Part shown: piece by piece, positions 62,012 to 64,000 of the stretch
Layout of the letters: each line of letters begins with the position of its first letter
Numbering within the stretch: the stretch's first letter is position 1
Origin: Methanocaldococcus sp. 28A
GTDB lineage: Archaea; AGJL01; Methanococci; Methanococcales; Methanocaldococcaceae
Direction: 5' to 3' (one strand)
NCBI GenBank assembly: GCA_049852185.1
Contig: CP187540.1
DNA: 64,000 nt
Notes under the pieces: model-generated
The model's input: only the letters and a program-made list of their open reading frames with translations
The model's database searches: none
Told to the model about the DNA's origin: nothing
Position numbers and translations under genes: made by a program

Positions 62012-63976
62012 GTGGTTTTTATGGAATTTAAAAGATATATTATAGAAAAGTTTCCATATCCCAAAATTAGAGAGCCTCAAAAAAAAATGATGCTAAAAAT
62101 TTACGAATGTATAAAAAACAGGAGAAATTTGATAATTGAAGCTCCTACAGGTGTTGGAAAAACCCTCGGCTACTTAATTCCAGCATTATATTTTGCAGAA
62201 AGAGGGAAAAGAGTTTTAATATTAACTGAAACAATAGACCAGCAGGTTAGGATATATGAGGACTTAAGCTCTCTAAAGCATAATTTAAAAATTGGGTTTC
62301 TTATGGGAAAAAGTAACTTTATTTGCAAGTCAAAAGGAGGTAAAGCTAATAGATTATATTGCCAATTGAATAAAAAATGCAAATATAGGCCCAATAGAAG
62401 ACCCATCTGCTATTGTGGTACAAAAAAACAGCAAATAAATTTAGGAGATAAAGTAATTTATTACTGTCCATTTTGCACGTGTGATTATCAAAAGGCAAAA
62501 ATTGAAAGTATCTTAGCTGATATTATTGTAATGAATAACAGCATGTTTTACTATGCAAAGGAAGATATTGAGGTAAAAAGAGATATTGATATAATTATTT
62601 GTGACGAAGCTCACAAATTAGAGAATAGCATAAGAAATGCATCAACAATAACCATTAATCCAGATTTAGCAATTAATAGATTAAAATATATGGCTATCTA
62701 TTATGCCCCAAATATTTTAAAAAAGAGATTAAATACTGAAGATGAAAATTTTTGGGAAATTATTGAGATGTATTTAATAAGTAGAGGTATAGATATAGAT
62801 ATTTGCAAAGATACTATTATTTATACTGGAGAAGATTTAAATTCTTGGAAATATAAAACTGAATTGGCTGTATTAGGGGCTATTTTAGATGGGTATTATC
62901 AAATAAATAATATAAAGAACAAAATATTAAGATTTAGTGAAAATGAAGAGATTAGATATGAGGAGCTTAGATTTGAAATTGATAATAAGGCGTTAATTGC
63001 TATAGAGCTTGATTTTATCCATAAAAAGAGATTATCAGATTTATATCTCTTAGAATTTATAGAAAATATCAAAAATTTAAGATATATTAATGAAAACTAT
63101 GTGATTTATAGAAGCGGAAATTCCTTATTATGTGAGCCAGTTTTTGTTAGCTCTCATTTAAAAGAGCTTTATGGCAATTCGGTAGTTATTCACTGCTCAG
63201 CAACTATTGGAAATTTAAAAATGCATGCCTTAAAAACAGGAGTTGAAAATCCAGAATTTTTAATTTTAGAAAGCCCTTTTCCAAAAAATAGGAAGAAAAT
63301 TATAGCTCTAAAAGATGGCGTTGATATGAAGTATGAAAAAAAAGATAGAGAAAAAGCAAATAAAAATTTATTAAAAATATTGGAAGCAATAAATGGAAAT
63401 TCATTGGTCCTATTTAAGAGCTTTGAGGATTTAGATAGCTTTTACAAATTCTTAAAAAAAGAAATAACAAAAACAAATATTAAAAATAAAAATATTCACG
63501 TGTATGAACAGGGAATGGATGGAAAGGAAGCTAAAGAGCTAAAAGAAAGATTTGAAAAAATTGGAGGGATTTTATTAGCAACTGGAAGATTTGCTGAGGG
63601 TGTTGATATCCCTGGAGAAGCATTGGTTGGTGTTGTTATAGATGCTTTACCTTTCCCTGTTCCTACACCTTTAATATTAAGAGAACAAAAAATATTAGAA
63701 GAGAAATTTAAAAGTAGATGTCTTAGAGATGCCCATTGGAGAGCTTTTTTAATGACATCATTTGATAGAATGGCAAGAACATTAGTGCAAATGATTGGAA
63801 GATTAATAAGAACAGAGAATGATTATGGAGTTGTAGTTATACAAGATAAGAGGTTTGCAGATTGGGCTGGGAGAGTTATGAAAGAAAAAGGTTATTTAAA
63901 AGATAATTATGAGGTTATGAGCTTAGATATTGCCATAAACTATATTTCTAAGTTTATGAGCCAATTTGAAAAATAA
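62012..63976 (+). CDS. DinG/XPD-family ATP-dependent helicase
   Basis: EAPTGVGKT, Cys-rich segment, DEAH, SAT, EGVDIPG, QMIGRLIR. Confidence 0.92.
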   Translation: MVFMEFKRYIIEKFPYPKIREPQKKMMLKIYECIKNRRNLIIEAPTGVGKTLGYLIPALYFAERGKRVLILTETIDQQVRIYEDLSSLKHNLKIGFLMGKSNFICKSKGGKANRLYCQLNKKCKYRPNRRPICYCGTKKQQINLGDKVIYYCPFCTCDYQKAKIESILADIIVMNNSMFYYAKEDIEVKRDIDIIICDEAHKLENSIRNASTITINPDLAINRLKYMAIYYAPNILKKRLNTEDENFWEIIEMYLISRGIDIDICKDTIIYTGEDLNSWKYKTELAVLGAILDGYYQINNIKNKILRFSENEEIRYEELRFEIDNKALIAIELDFIHKKRLSDLYLLEFIENIKNLRYINENYVIYRSGNSLLCEPVFVSSHLKELYGNSVVIHCSATIGNLKMHALKTGVENPEFLILESPFPKNRKKIIALKDGVDMKYEKKDREKANKNLLKILEAINGNSLVLFKSFEDLDSFYKFLKKEITKTNIKNKNIHVYEQGMDGKEAKELKERFEKIGGILLATGRFAEGVDIPGEALVGVVIDALPFPVPTPLILREQKILEEKFKSRCLRDAHWRAFLMTSFDRMARTLVQMIGRLIRTENDYGVVVIQDKRFADWAGRVMKEKGYLKDNYEVMSLDIAINYISKFMSQFEK

Positions 63977-64000
63977 TAACTTTTAATTTATACATTTAAA

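Noticed and set aside
1479-62406. Many short antisense or alternate-frame ORFs (e.g. 1479, 2251, 7030, 11532, 17942, 36670, 41466, 49692, 56897, 62170)
   Set aside because: They lie inside well-supported genes and have the Ser/Phe/Ile-rich composition expected from antisense reading of Lys/Glu-rich genes.

Overview
AT-rich archaeal chromosome segment, very probably a Methanocaldococcus species, judged from protein similarity to M. jannaschii families as I recall them. Most of the window is housekeeping and methanogen core: purF/purM, hypC, a ribosomal protein/RNA polymerase operon with tRNA-Ser(GGA) and tRNA-Pro(GGG), argJ, the A1Ao ATP synthase operon, rfcL, trm5, argF, cfbC, fsr, radA, hdrC/hdrB, fni, RNase J, idsA and a DinG-like helicase. 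The accessory region at ~24-41 kb holds a MoxR/DUF58 operon and a ~7.4 kb element integrated at the 3' end of tRNA-Ser(GCT). That element has a tyrosine integrase, an MJ0366-like RHH protein, a wHTH+P-loop Rep candidate, three tandem wHTH genes, an origin-like region of inverted AGTTGCA iterons around an AT-rich core, and an HD-phosphohydrolase/partner cargo pair. A decayed IS5-type element and an AAA-ATPase pseudogene follow it. Intergenic DNA carries several ~110-bp palindromic repeats. The most unusual signal is a pair of related 72-77 bp two-hairpin inserts (5446-5522 and 54779-54850), each sitting between direct repeats of the last 33-43 bp of a gene that end at its stop codon. No CRISPR array or rRNA was found. 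Family names and MJ locus numbers come from motif recognition and memory, not from database searches.
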